From positions 41,200 to 105,199 of the IMG/VR virus record IMGVR_UViG_3300027969_003844: a DNA stretch of 64,000 nucleotides, one strand, 5' to 3'. The translations under genes and the position numbers were made by a program. The DNA comes from a virus. Shown one piece after another: positions 1 through 8,099 of the stretch; position 1 is the first letter of the stretch; each line of letters starts with the position of its first letter. A model generated the notes under the pieces. It was not told the origin of the DNA. It did no database searches and worked only from the letters and a program-made list of their open reading frames with translations.

Positions 1-44
1 CCTTCAATAAAAAGTTCCTGGATGTCGTAATCCAATTCTGCCAT
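1..44 (-). CDS. Hypothetical protein, 5' part only (MAELDYDIQELFIE...), runs off the window edge
   Basis: ATG at 44 just after the stop of the upstream gene; open to position 1. Confidence 0.5.
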   Translation of the reverse strand, partial: MAELDYDIQELFIE

Positions 45-49
45 TTTAC

Positions 50-286
50 TCATTTTGTTTCCGTTTCAAGTTGTTGAATTTGAGCTTCTAAAAGATTAGC
101 ATGAGCATTGCATAGCCCTGCTATCACTTTCATGATGCGTTGACGAGTTTGCAAATCAGTAGTCTGATATTGCGTTAGTCCATTGTTAATCATCTTAACC
201 AGTTCATTTATGTTAGCATGACAACCGGTAGTACAATCATTGAGTTTGTCATTGGCTGCCTGCTGTTTGCTACGGTATCCACTCAT
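50..286 (-). CDS. Hypothetical coiled-coil protein (start MSGYRSKQ)
   Basis: ATG at 286 overlaps the upstream stop (ATGA coupling), AAGGA RBS; the longer track start overlaps the upstream gene. Confidence 0.6.
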   Translation of the reverse strand: MSGYRSKQQAANDKLNDCTTGCHANINELVKMINNGLTQYQTTDLQTRQRIMKVIAGLCNAHANLLEAQIQQLETETK

Positions 287-747
287 ACTGTTTCCTTTAA
301 TGCGGCCAATGCTTCTTTCAATGAAACCAACTTGTTGCCTTTGTATGGCGAGCCAACAAACCATTCGCCGTCACGCATGATATAATAGTATTCGGCATCA
401 CACGCATCTACGCGATCAAGAAAGTCTGCAAAGGAATGATCTACCTTAAATTCTACATTTTTCTCACCGCGGTCACGACCGTAGAAGGTAGTCATCTTGC
501 CGTACTTTTCGGCATACTCGCTAGTAGAGATACTTGGAGTAATATCAAATTGGCTGAATGGATGCTCTTCGCCGATCTGTTCTTTGAGACTAGAGATATC
601 ACCAAGTGCAACCAAATGATTGGCCTTAGAAGAATCATAGTGCTCTTGCAGGATCTTGCCATTATGCTCGAGATAACCGTCCCAATGACAATAAACACTT
701 TTACAAACTGTACCATGCATAACTGCGATGCGACTACGAGTACCCAT
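283..747 (-). CDS. Conserved phage hypothetical protein (MGTRS...YCHWDGY family)
   Basis: 154 aa ORF, AGGAG RBS, directly behind a sigma70 promoter; YCHWDGY motif recurrent in large phages. Confidence 0.8.
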   Translation of the reverse strand: MGTRSRIAVMHGTVCKSVYCHWDGYLEHNGKILQEHYDSSKANHLVALGDISSLKEQIGEEHPFSQFDITPSISTSEYAEKYGKMTTFYGRDRGEKNVEFKVDHSFADFLDRVDACDAEYYYIMRDGEWFVGSPYKGNKLVSLKEALAALKETV

Positions 748-779
748 TTTAAACTCCTGTTTTGTTTGCGTATGTATGT

Positions 780-843
780 ATTATAGCACCGAACCAATAA
801 CTCGTCAACCTGACGGGTTATTAAGTGTTGTTTTTATGCCACA
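780..843 (-). promoter_or_regulatory. sigma70-type early promoter TTGACG-N17-TATAAT with an imperfect upstream palindromic box
   Basis: -10 at 780-785, -35 at 803-808; TGTTG-N8-CCACA at 826-843. Confidence 0.8.
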
Positions 844-1115
844 ACTTCTAGCATGTTGGCAGGGACATTAAACAACCCGAGACCAGTACGAACAAGAACA
901 AACTTGGTTTTAATCTTGTCAACTGTGCCGGTGTACGTGGTACCGTTGCGGTTGCTAGTAAACTTAACGGTACATCCATTTCGTAGTTGGCGTTTGGTTG
1001 ACTTTGCGAGTTGAGTGCGAGCAACTTGTACCGCTGAAAGTATGCTACTCAATTGCTCGTTTGTAAAAGTTTGCGTCATGATTGCGTAATTGATGTCTTG
1101 GATAGATAGACTCAT
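834..1115 (-). CDS. Hypothetical protein, possible C-terminal SH3-like beta barrel
   Basis: 93 aa ORF with AGGAG RBS; TVKF...YTGTVDKIKTKFVLV pattern. Confidence 0.7.
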   Translation of the reverse strand: MSLSIQDINYAIMTQTFTNEQLSSILSAVQVARTQLAKSTKRQLRNGCTVKFTSNRNGTTYTGTVDKIKTKFVLVRTGLGLFNVPANMLEVVA

Positions 1116-1126
1116 TTTGGTTCTCC

Positions 1127-1399
1127 TTAAACTAAATCAACTTGAATTTGTTTGCCACGAATCGTAGTACCAAGTCCAGTGGGCATTGGCCTGCGAAGTG
1201 CTTTAGCAAGACCTCGATCAACTGCTAGCAGGTTCATAGCATCATAGCAAAGGCTACGAGCGTTGACTGTAGCAAACTGCTCGCTCATTTGCTTGATTGT
1301 AAGGTACATACCAATGTCATTTTCACTGCCATCGCCCTTGAAAATGACACGGAATTTTTGGCTGTTTTTGAAGCCGTCAACGATAGTTGGTGTACGCAT
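1127..1399 (-). CDS. Hypothetical protein
   Basis: 90 aa ORF with AAGGA RBS behind a promoter. Confidence 0.7.
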   Translation of the reverse strand: MRTPTIVDGFKNSQKFRVIFKGDGSENDIGMYLTIKQMSEQFATVNARSLCYDAMNLLAVDRGLAKALRRPMPTGLGTTIRGKQIQVDLV

Positions 1400-1430
1400 T
1401 TCAAAGTCCTTTTTGTTTCGCTATGTATGT

Positions 1431-1516
1431 ATTATAAAGCAAAGCAGGTCCAGAGTCAACCGTTTTTTGGCAAATTCTCAGATATTTTTGGTGATTTTTG
1501 TTGTTTTTTAACAACA
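1431..1516 (-). promoter_or_regulatory. sigma70-type early promoter TTGACT-N17-TATAAT plus TGTTG-N8-CAACA box
   Basis: -10 1431-1436, -35 1454-1459, palindrome 1499-1516. Confidence 0.85.
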
Positions 1517-1526
1517 ATCTCCAAAT

Positions 1527-1805
1527 TTATGCAGTTTTACTGACTTTAATGTCTTGGATCTTGAGAATTTGATGTTTTACAGTAGTCTTGACTGTCTTTT
1601 TATTAAATTCGCCGTTAATGTAGTATTTTACCAGCTTGCTTTTAATATGGTATACTACATCAAAACTTCCATCATCAATGGCCCATTGATAGGGACAATT
1701 CTTCCAACTGTTGGTACGTTCAAACTCGTAAAAATATTTACGGTGATCACTGTTTGATGGATCAAACACTCGGACGGGTCTAAGTAAAGCATTAATAGTC
1801 ATCAT
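1527..1805 (-). CDS. Hypothetical protein
   Basis: 92 aa ORF with AAGGA RBS. Confidence 0.7.
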   Translation of the reverse strand: MMTINALLRPVRVFDPSNSDHRKYFYEFERTNSWKNCPYQWAIDDGSFDVVYHIKSKLVKYYINGEFNKKTVKTTVKHQILKIQDIKVSKTA

Positions 1806-1820
1806 AAGAATTTTCCTTCT

Positions 1821-2021
1821 TTAATTGTAATTACTGTAATCGGGGTAATTAAAAAATTGCTCTATAAAATTGCTAATGTTTCCATACACTATGGCTTCCA
1901 GGTGTGCTTGTTGTTCTTCACTAAGTGATACATTATTATCAATTTCTTCGTGTAAAGTCAACAACCATGAATTAATTAAATCCATGTGTACCTGTTCAAA
2001 TGCAATTTTATTCTTGCTCAT
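1821..2021 (-). CDS. Hypothetical protein (start MSKNK), probably leaderless
   Basis: ATG lies 6 nt downstream of a perfect promoter; the longer track ORF would overlap the HNH gene. Confidence 0.65.
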   Translation of the reverse strand: MSKNKIAFEQVHMDLINSWLLTLHEEIDNNVSLSEEQQAHLEAIVYGNISNFIEQFFNYPDYSNYN

Positions 2022-2027
2022 AAGGCT

Positions 2028-2056
2028 ATTATAGCGTATACTAGTGAACTTGTCAA
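2028..2056 (-). promoter_or_regulatory. Perfect sigma70 promoter TTGACA-N17-TATAAT
   Basis: -35 2051-2056, -10 2028-2033. Confidence 0.85.
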
Positions 2057-2088
2057 CGATAAGTAATATACAATAATATTGTGATCCT

Positions 2089-2652
2089 ATGTTATCAAAT
2101 TCTGAATATCCTGCCCTTTTATTAAATGCCGATTGGCAGCCGGTCCATATGCATCCATTGAGCACAATTACATGGCAAGATGCAGTCAAAGCAGTTTATA
2201 TGGACCGAGTAACTGTAGTCGAAGAATATGATATTGAGGTACATAGTGCCACAAGAGCCTGGCGCTTGCCATCTGTTGTGGCTCTTAAAGAATATGTTCG
2301 ACGAGACCAAACTCCTACATTTAGTCGTTACAATGTTTACCTGCGTGATGAATTTAATTGCCAATACTGCGGCAAAAGATTTGAAACACGATTATTGACA
2401 TTTGACCACGTTATTCCACGTGCTCATGGTGGCCGTAGCTCATGGCAAAATGTGGTGGCGGCATGCAGTCCTTGTAATCACAAGAAAGGTTCATTGCTTC
2501 CCAAAGAAGCAAATATGTTTCCTATTAATACTCCTTGTGAGCCTACAATGTGGGACTTATACGGTAAGGGTAGAAAACTTCCCAGCAAGTTTACTAACCT
2601 GCACGACACTTGGAGAGACTACTTGTATTGGGATAGTGAACTAGAAGCTTAA
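2089..2652 (+). CDS. HNH endonuclease (McrA-like)
   Basis: LLLNAD N-terminus, RD..CQYCG, TFDHVIPRAHGG, NVVAACSPCNHKKG. Confidence 0.9.
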   Translation: MLSNSEYPALLLNADWQPVHMHPLSTITWQDAVKAVYMDRVTVVEEYDIEVHSATRAWRLPSVVALKEYVRRDQTPTFSRYNVYLRDEFNCQYCGKRFETRLLTFDHVIPRAHGGRSSWQNVVAACSPCNHKKGSLLPKEANMFPINTPCEPTMWDLYGKGRKLPSKFTNLHDTWRDYLYWDSELEA

Positions 2653-2891
2653 GAAGTAAGTTTCTTGATCATTAGTTCTTCGGCATTTTGTCGAGATGAC
2701 TCTGCCTTTGCTTCTATTAATAAAGGCAGAGTCGCTTTTATTACTGCCAAGACATATCTTTCGCCGTCTGATTTTAACTCAGAAAACATAGGACTGTTGA
2801 TGTTTATATAGGTCAGATTGGGGTCATTTAATAATTCATTCAACGACCCCATAATAATCTTAGTTACTATTGCAGTCTTATCTACGGACAT
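2649..2891 (-). CDS. Hypothetical protein
   Basis: 80 aa ORF at the end of the operon; stop overlaps the HNH stop. Confidence 0.6.
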   Translation of the reverse strand: MSVDKTAIVTKIIMGSLNELLNDPNLTYININSPMFSELKSDGERYVLAVIKATLPLLIEAKAESSRQNAEELMIKKLTS

Positions 2892-2892
2892 G

Positions 2893-3501
2893 TTACCTGA
2901 CTAACCATTCGCTTAATGATACACCATTAAGCATTTCTGATACTGCATTGAGTCGTATCCAACGTGGATTGGTTGCACAGTTATCTCGCATGACCACACG
3001 ACCCAATAGTACAACCATGCCCCATTCATTTCTTTCCCACCGCGGCAAATACGGATCAATATGTTTGCCAGGATTTTTATATTCCTCGCTTAGTATCTCT
3101 CTCATCAATGGATGACCATTGGTTGGATGAATATTATGATATACTGCGTCAGGTGCTGGAACAATACCTTCAGGAATACGGTCCGCTTCGTACCAGTGTC
3201 GGAAGCCCTTGTCAATCCATTCAACCATTACTTGCTTTTCCCAAAGTAATCTATTCATTGGATCGCGAAGATGTTTACCATGCCATTCTCCTGGAGAACC
3301 ATTGGTGATAATTGCTGTAGAAGTATTGTCTCCGGCAACTACACCAATTATATCTTCATCTTGGTTAACAAGATGTGGCGAGTTACCTTGTATATAAATT
3401 TTTCCTCGATAAAGGACTACTGGCAATCCTGCTCGGTCTTCATTACTGGGGTTTCCATCACCCCATTCAAACATTTCTGCATAACCTGATGGTGCGCTCA
3501 T
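2893..3501 (-). CDS. Stand-alone Peptidase_G2-like intramolecular chaperone (autoproteolytic) domain protein
   Basis: YAEMFEWGDGNP..EDRAG, IIGVV, YLPRWERNEWGMVVLLGRVVMRD motifs. Confidence 0.75.
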   Translation of the reverse strand: MSAPSGYAEMFEWGDGNPSNEDRAGLPVVLYRGKIYIQGNSPHLVNQDEDIIGVVAGDNTSTAIITNGSPGEWHGKHLRDPMNRLLWEKQVMVEWIDKGFRHWYEADRIPEGIVPAPDAVYHNIHPTNGHPLMREILSEEYKNPGKHIDPYLPRWERNEWGMVVLLGRVVMRDNCATNPRWIRLNAVSEMLNGVSLSEWLVR

Positions 3502-4055
3502 TTTTCTATTAGTTCCACATTTAATTCAGCCAAAACTTTTCTATAAAGTTGTTCACCGGCAGCAACTGAGCGTTGCCAATGATCTGGTGCATCCTTATCG
3601 GCTGCGTCACTGATGTATTTCCAGACTTCACATTCTACGTTGAGTATTTTACAAGCTTTGGCCACGCTATATGCTTCCATTTCAACAATGTCGCAGTTAA
3701 CTCTGAGTTTGCCAGGCTCTGTTACAAACAAGTCTCCACTGGCACAAGTTTTGCCTTCTCCTGCAAATGTAATTGTAGAAAGACTATCTTTAAGATGCTG
3801 ACCTGGTGCCAATCCCATTGCCATTAAATTCACATCATGTTGCACAATTTTGTTGATTCTGTGAATGCCAGCAGTGACACGAATGCCACCAGCAGTTCCT
3901 AGATTAATAACACGTCGTGGATTATAGTAACTGATTAGTCTTGCTGTGCCAATGGCAGCATTGACTTTACCCACACTAATTTCAAAAACATTTTTATAGT
4001 TTTCAAATAGACCAGGTGCTTCGTCGCGCAATGCAAATAAAATTAGATCATTCAT
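3498..4055 (-). CDS. pfs: MTA/SAH (5'-deoxyadenosine) nucleosidase, PNP_UDP_1 family
   Basis: ALRDE, VGKVNAA, INLGTAGG, SGDLFV, VEMEAY, KYISDAAD motifs. Confidence 0.8.
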   Translation of the reverse strand: MNDLILFALRDEAPGLFENYKNVFEISVGKVNAAIGTARLISYYNPRRVINLGTAGGIRVTAGIHRINKIVQHDVNLMAMGLAPGQHLKDSLSTITFAGEGKTCASGDLFVTEPGKLRVNCDIVEMEAYSVAKACKILNVECEVWKYISDAADKDAPDHWQRSVAAGEQLYRKVLAELNVELIEK

Positions 4056-4608
4056 TTATCATCCCTATGATATTAACGCCAAGGTCTCTTAGCTTTTGTT
4101 CACCGCCCAATGGTACAATGTTAACAAGAACAGCAACTGTCATTGATGCATACTCAATGCCAAGGTTGTTGTGTAATAATTTGCAAATCGCTTCAGCGGT
4201 GCCACCTGTTGCTAGAACATCATCTACAATCATTACTGGTCTGTTACCAGCAGGCACAGATGACATTAACTCCAACGTGTCAGTGCCGTACTCGAGTTCA
4301 TAAGTTTGCTTCCATGTATCGCCAGGCAACTTCCCAGGCTTACGTACAGTGTGCATGGGAATCATTAAACGATTTGCAAGAACCGAGCCCCATATGAATC
4401 CACGGGCATCAGCCGCGAATACATCATTGATTTTTTTAATACCAGCATGGAAAGAAAACCACCTGACGCTGTTATTAAAGCCCACAGGGTTAGCACATAA
4501 CTCTACAGTATTGAGATAGTTGATGCCTGGTTTTGGCCAGTCTGGGTAAACTGGAATGCTTGCACGAACAGCTTCGGCAAGTAACGGGTTGAAGAGTGTA
4601 TTGTCCAT
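4048..4608 (-). CDS. apt: Adenine phosphoribosyltransferase
   Basis: PDWPKPGI, DARGFIWG, VRKPGKLPG, YELEYGTDTLE, IVDDVLATGGT; start MDNTL. Confidence 0.92.
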   Translation of the reverse strand: MDNTLFNPLLAEAVRASIPVYPDWPKPGINYLNTVELCANPVGFNNSVRWFSFHAGIKKINDVFAADARGFIWGSVLANRLMIPMHTVRKPGKLPGDTWKQTYELEYGTDTLELMSSVPAGNRPVMIVDDVLATGGTAEAICKLLHNNLGIEYASMTVAVLVNIVPLGGEQKLRDLGVNIIGMINE

Positions 4609-4664
4609 ACACTTAATTATCTTGACTAACAATGCAATGTTAATCAAAATATATAACTGAAAAA

Positions 4665-5360
4665 TTATAACTTGATTTTTACACGAGTCAACCGAGTTTC
4701 TTGATTTGTTTGAAAATCATGACCATGTGATTTAACTACTCCAACTATAGGAAACTCTTCAGGAGTATCTGGCCACATATCAACTGTCATTGAACTGGTC
4801 CAAAAATATAAATTTGTACCATCTGTTGCACGAACCACTGAACCAGGAAAGGCCTTGCCAGCAAATTTAGCAATTAGCCTTACTGTTAATTCTAGCTTTT
4901 CACCAATGGTCCCTTGATGTATGCTACTGTAAGACAATTTAGCAAGTTGTTCGGCTCGTTCCTCTTTGACTATTTCCCTGCGATAGCGTACAGCCATACA
5001 TGCCAAGTATGCCATGTCTGTGCGTGAATGAATTTCAGTTTTGGTAATTGTATTAATAATTTTCTGGTCGAACTCGCTCAATTTACCACTAATTGCATCC
5101 ATGGCAATGTACTGGAAATGATTACTCATTAGCTCGCCAAATTTGTAATCTTCAGCTGTTACATTGACCATGTCCAGTTTAAGTTGGTCAGCAATGACTT
5201 CTCTGTTTGGACGTAAAGTAACATTGCCAGTCTCTTGATCAAACTCTGCAAATTTTACATATTGACCTTTATTGATACGGTCTGCCATTGACACCAACGC
5301 CCATGCATCAGCAATAGGTATCAAATTAGATAGACGCTGTTTAATTTTTGCCTTTTCCAT
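4665..5360 (-). CDS. Hypothetical protein with probable C-terminal OB-fold
   Basis: 231 aa; HQGTIGEK...GVVKSH...QETRLTRVK pattern. Confidence 0.7.
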   Translation of the reverse strand: MEKAKIKQRLSNLIPIADAWALVSMADRINKGQYVKFAEFDQETGNVTLRPNREVIADQLKLDMVNVTAEDYKFGELMSNHFQYIAMDAISGKLSEFDQKIINTITKTEIHSRTDMAYLACMAVRYRREIVKEERAEQLAKLSYSSIHQGTIGEKLELTVRLIAKFAGKAFPGSVVRATDGTNLYFWTSSMTVDMWPDTPEEFPIVGVVKSHGHDFQTNQETRLTRVKIKL

Positions 5361-5361
5361 A

Positions 5362-5556
5362 TTAGCGACTTAAAATATCAATGACACGTTGTTGTAAAAT
5401 GTCTATTTCTTCTTGGCCAACATAAAAATCAGTGGTAGGATCATAATATTGATTTTCCTTGGTATCGTAGTACAACACGCGATCAACAAACCAGAAAGGG
5501 CCTTGTAGTCCCTTTCTGGGTTTCCACTTGTCCAGTACATTGTACGACATTAGCAA
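5362..5556 (-). CDS. Small conserved phage hypothetical protein
   Basis: 64 aa; LQGPF...VLYYD..ENQYYDPTTDFY. Confidence 0.7.
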   Translation of the reverse strand: MLMSYNVLDKWKPRKGLQGPFWFVDRVLYYDTKENQYYDPTTDFYVGQEEIDILQQRVIDILSR

Positions 5557-5948
5557 GCCTTGTAAAATAGATCCACTGATTCCGAATAGTAGCCGTTGCT
5601 TTCACCTAACCAACGAACGTCCACGTAGCCCCGGCGGGTTGCAAACTTGTAGAAGGTGTAGCTGTAGCTGTCGGCGTACTCTGGCTCTGGACCAATGTAT
5701 CCGCTCACTTCCACAGCCATCAACATGGGCTCACCTACCAGGTCCTGTAGGTCACCTACTATATCTTCAATGTTTACTGATTCACAGCAGTCCTGGTAGT
5801 GGGCAAATACGAAACGTTCGCCCTCTGCGGTTACGAAAGTCATCTCGCTATCGCCAACTGAACCAGTTACTTGGACAAAGATCTTGCCCTTCATCAGCTC
5901 TAGTCCTTTTGCAGTATCGATCATGTTATCGTAGTTCAACTGGTTCAC
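5550..5948 (-). CDS. Conserved phage hypothetical protein (HYQDCCESV motif); start uncertain (GTG 5948 or ATG 5924)
   Basis: HYQDCCESVNIEDIVGDL...WLGESNGYYSESV; the track start lies inside the promoter. Confidence 0.75.
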   Translation of the reverse strand: MNQLNYDNMIDTAKGLELMKGKIFVQVTGSVGDSEMTFVTAEGERFVFAHYQDCCESVNIEDIVGDLQDLVGEPMLMAVEVSGYIGPEPEYADSYSYTFYKFATRRGYVDVRWLGESNGYYSESVDLFYKAC

Positions 5949-5972
5949 CTTATTTTGTTCCGTTATGATGCT

Positions 5973-6028
5973 ATTATGCATTAAGTAGACCAAAATGTCA
6001 ACCAGATTTTAGTTGTATTTTTACAACA
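5973..6028 (-). promoter_or_regulatory. sigma70-type promoter TTGACA-N17-CATAAT plus AGTTG-N8-CAACA box
   Basis: -10 5973-5978, -35 5996-6001, box 6011-6028. Confidence 0.8.
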
Positions 6029-6031
6029 AAA

Positions 6032-6475
6032 TTACCCAGAAATCCCCAGTTTAACACCGTGTTGTTTCATTGTGTCTTTCCAGATGAAAAACGTAGTTTG
6101 ACCGTGAGTCATTACTTCGTGTGTTTCCCATTCCCATTGATGGACCATTTCATGAGCAACAACATTGATAAATTTTTGAAAATTGGGCCAGTGTTTTTGT
6201 AGCCGAATGTATTTGGTATACGGCTCACCCCATCTACTCTTTCGGGCAAATCCTTCACATTCTCCCCAAAAATTTTTAGTTTTGTAATCACGTACAATTA
6301 ATTTTGGTCTTGGAAGAGTGTTTCCAAAAATGCTTCTGTTTAGTGCGTCGTATACAATTTCAGCACTTTCCTGCGATGCTATATACGGAACATTTTTACC
6401 TAAGATATCAGCCTGACTCACCAGAGTCTGTAATCGTGGCTGACGTGTTTGTTTTAATTGAAGCCGAGTTGACAT
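6032..6475 (-). CDS. SprT-like zinc metalloprotease
   Basis: LNRSIFGNTLP, AHEMVHQW (HExxH), downstream HG. Confidence 0.8.
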   Translation of the reverse strand: MSTRLQLKQTRQPRLQTLVSQADILGKNVPYIASQESAEIVYDALNRSIFGNTLPRPKLIVRDYKTKNFWGECEGFARKSRWGEPYTKYIRLQKHWPNFQKFINVVAHEMVHQWEWETHEVMTHGQTTFFIWKDTMKQHGVKLGISG

Positions 6476-6560
6476 AAATCCCCTGCTAAAGCCATAGTAG
6501 CTAGAAGTATTTATTGTATGTCAATGTTTATAAAGTACTGCTGAAGTGTATGATAAACTG

Positions 6561-7175
6561 CTAACTTAATTGTTCTCTTAGCATGACTTCACCAATTTCA
6601 AACCAATTATTAAAACGACGGACTCTTAAATCAGAAAAATCATGATTCCATGGCTGGCTTATTAAGTAAGTTGCATGACCAGCATCTGCACTTGCTATTG
6701 CAGTGGCGGTTGTAGCAGTTACACATATAGAAGGATCATGTTCCTTCAGCATTGGATAAAGTGTTACTTCTCTGTTGACAACATAGACATCATTGAACAC
6801 GCCCGGAAATACTAATTCTAAATTTGCACGTCTAAGAATTGCACGATTCATATCGTTGCTGGCGCGACTATAACCTACAATATGCCATCCTTGCTTTTTT
6901 AAAGTTGGCAAGACTTTCTCAGCTGACATGCAAGGATATAATGCACCCCATTGCCAAGATTGTTCACAAAATTCTTTATTCCAAAGACTTGCATGTTCGT
7001 TACTTACGCCTAGCCAAGACCCGAAATTTTCTCTACTAGATATTTTTTCTTGTGAGACATTATTTAAACGTCCCAGTAGTCCAAGCCATTTTACAAAAGC
7101 TGTCAACGTGTCGAGGCACGTATCATCGACGTCGATGATTAGCTTTAAGGGGACCTCATCATCCTGCAAGTTCAA
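6561..7175 (-). CDS. HAD-superfamily 5'(3')-deoxyribonucleotidase-like protein
   Basis: IIDVDDTCLD (DxD motif I), QPWNHDF C-terminus; likely TTG start at 7175 with a GGGAG RBS inside clpS. Confidence 0.7.
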   Translation of the reverse strand: MNLQDDEVPLKLIIDVDDTCLDTLTAFVKWLGLLGRLNNVSQEKISSRENFGSWLGVSNEHASLWNKEFCEQSWQWGALYPCMSAEKVLPTLKKQGWHIVGYSRASNDMNRAILRRANLELVFPGVFNDVYVVNREVTLYPMLKEHDPSICVTATTATAIASADAGHATYLISQPWNHDFSDLRVRRFNNWFEIGEVMLREQLS

Positions 7176-7467
7176 CGCTGACTCCCAAAGGATGGCCATT
7201 GGTGCGAGCAATTTGTGTAGATTCTAGTGCCTTTTGTTCTGCTACTTCAAACGTGTAGATACCTGCTGTACCTTTACCTTTTTCATGAACTTCTAACATA
7301 ACTGCAACTGCGGCTTCGTGACCATGATGAAAGATTACTTTTAATAATTCAATTACAAATTCCATTGGCGTTTGATTGTCATTTAAAATAACAACACGAA
7401 ATCGTTCTGGTTCTTTTACACCAGTAATATTTTCAGTTTTCTTAAGTGTGTCGGTTGCAGTACTCAT
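7159..7467 (-). CDS. clpS: ATP-dependent Clp protease adaptor ClpS
   Basis: VVILNDNQTPMEFV, MLEVHEKGKGTAGIYTFEVAEQK, ARTNGHPL. Confidence 0.93.
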   Translation of the reverse strand: MSTATDTLKKTENITGVKEPERFRVVILNDNQTPMEFVIELLKVIFHHGHEAAVAVMLEVHEKGKGTAGIYTFEVAEQKALESTQIARTNGHPLGVSVELAG

Positions 7468-7501
7468 TTTATTCCTAATTTAACTTGACTAACAATACTT
7501 A

Positions 7502-7531
7502 TCAAGGGTAACCTGTTATAGCTACCCTTGA
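7502..7531 (-). terminator. Hairpin downstream of ibpA, followed by an ATAAGTA late-like motif for clpS
   Basis: TCAAGGGTA (7502-7510) / TACCCTTGA (7523-7531) inverted repeat. Confidence 0.5.
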
Positions 7532-7541
7532 CAATAATCAA

Positions 7542-7970
7542 TTATTCCTTGATTAATGGGATTTTTTTTGGTTTATGTTGTTCAGGAACTAGTTTTTCTA
7601 GATCAATTACCAACATTCCATCTTTTAGACTTGCTGACTTTACTTCAACGTGATCTGCTAACACAAATTCCTGACGGAAATTGCGCTTTGCTATACCACG
7701 ATAAACATAATTGCGTTCTACATCATCTTCTGACTTGCGTCCTTCAACCAGTAGCACATTTTGTTGTTGTGTAATATCAACTTCACTTTCGCTGAATCCT
7801 GCAACTGCCATAGTAATACAGGTGCCAAACTCTCCGACTTTTTCTACATTTACAGGCGGATATCCTGCTTTGCCACCTGGTTGATTTGTGGCCATCAGAC
7901 GTTCCAGGTCTTCGAACATACGATCGAAGCCGATACCAAAGTGATGTTGTGGGAATCTTAGATTTGTCAT
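7542..7970 (-). CDS. ibpA: Small heat shock protein Hsp20/IbpA
   Basis: IGFDRMF, YPPVNVEK, AVAGFS, YRGIAKRNFRQEFVLADHVEV, DGMLVIDL, PEQHKPKKIPL. Confidence 0.93.
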   Translation of the reverse strand: MTNLRFPQHHFGIGFDRMFEDLERLMATNQPGGKAGYPPVNVEKVGEFGTCITMAVAGFSESEVDITQQQNVLLVEGRKSEDDVERNYVYRGIAKRNFRQEFVLADHVEVKSASLKDGMLVIDLEKLVPEQHKPKKIPLIKE

Positions 7971-8061
7971 AATAATCTCCTAATAATTAAGCGAGTTTAA
8001 ATTTAACAACCCCTTCATGGGCATTGTTTTTGCACTTTACTAACCCTCTTGGCATTAGTAT
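7971..8061 (-). ncRNA. ROSE-like RNA thermometer in the ibpA 5' UTR
   Basis: Two hairpins (UACUAAUGCC/GGGUUAGUA; AACAAUGCCC/GGGGUUGUU), then CUCGCUUAAU-U-AUUAGGAG in which UCGCU pairs with the AGGAG SD. Confidence 0.7.
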
Positions 8062-8067
8062 CGTACA

Positions 8068-8096
8068 ATTATATTTATCATTGACCAAGGTGTCAA
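8068..8096 (-). promoter_or_regulatory. sigma70 promoter TTGACA-N17-TATAAT overlapping an ATAAATA late-like motif (ibpA)
   Basis: -35 8091-8096, -10 8068-8073. Confidence 0.8.
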
Positions 8097-8099
8097 TAA

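Noticed and set aside
826-1516. TGTTG-N8-CAACA as a LexA/SOS box or as terminators
   Set aside because: It does not match CTGT-N8-ACAG, GTTC-N7-GTTC or GAAC-N4-GTTC. Most copies are followed by A-runs rather than U-runs in the transcribed direction (only 46175 fits a terminator)
2089-2652. HNH gene as a homing endonuclease or intron
   Set aside because: McrA-like Zn-finger type with no separate DNA-binding domain, no interrupted host gene and no intron features
6561-7211. clpS-HAD frameshift fusion
   Set aside because: A TTG at 7175 with a GGGAG SD explains the overlap more simply
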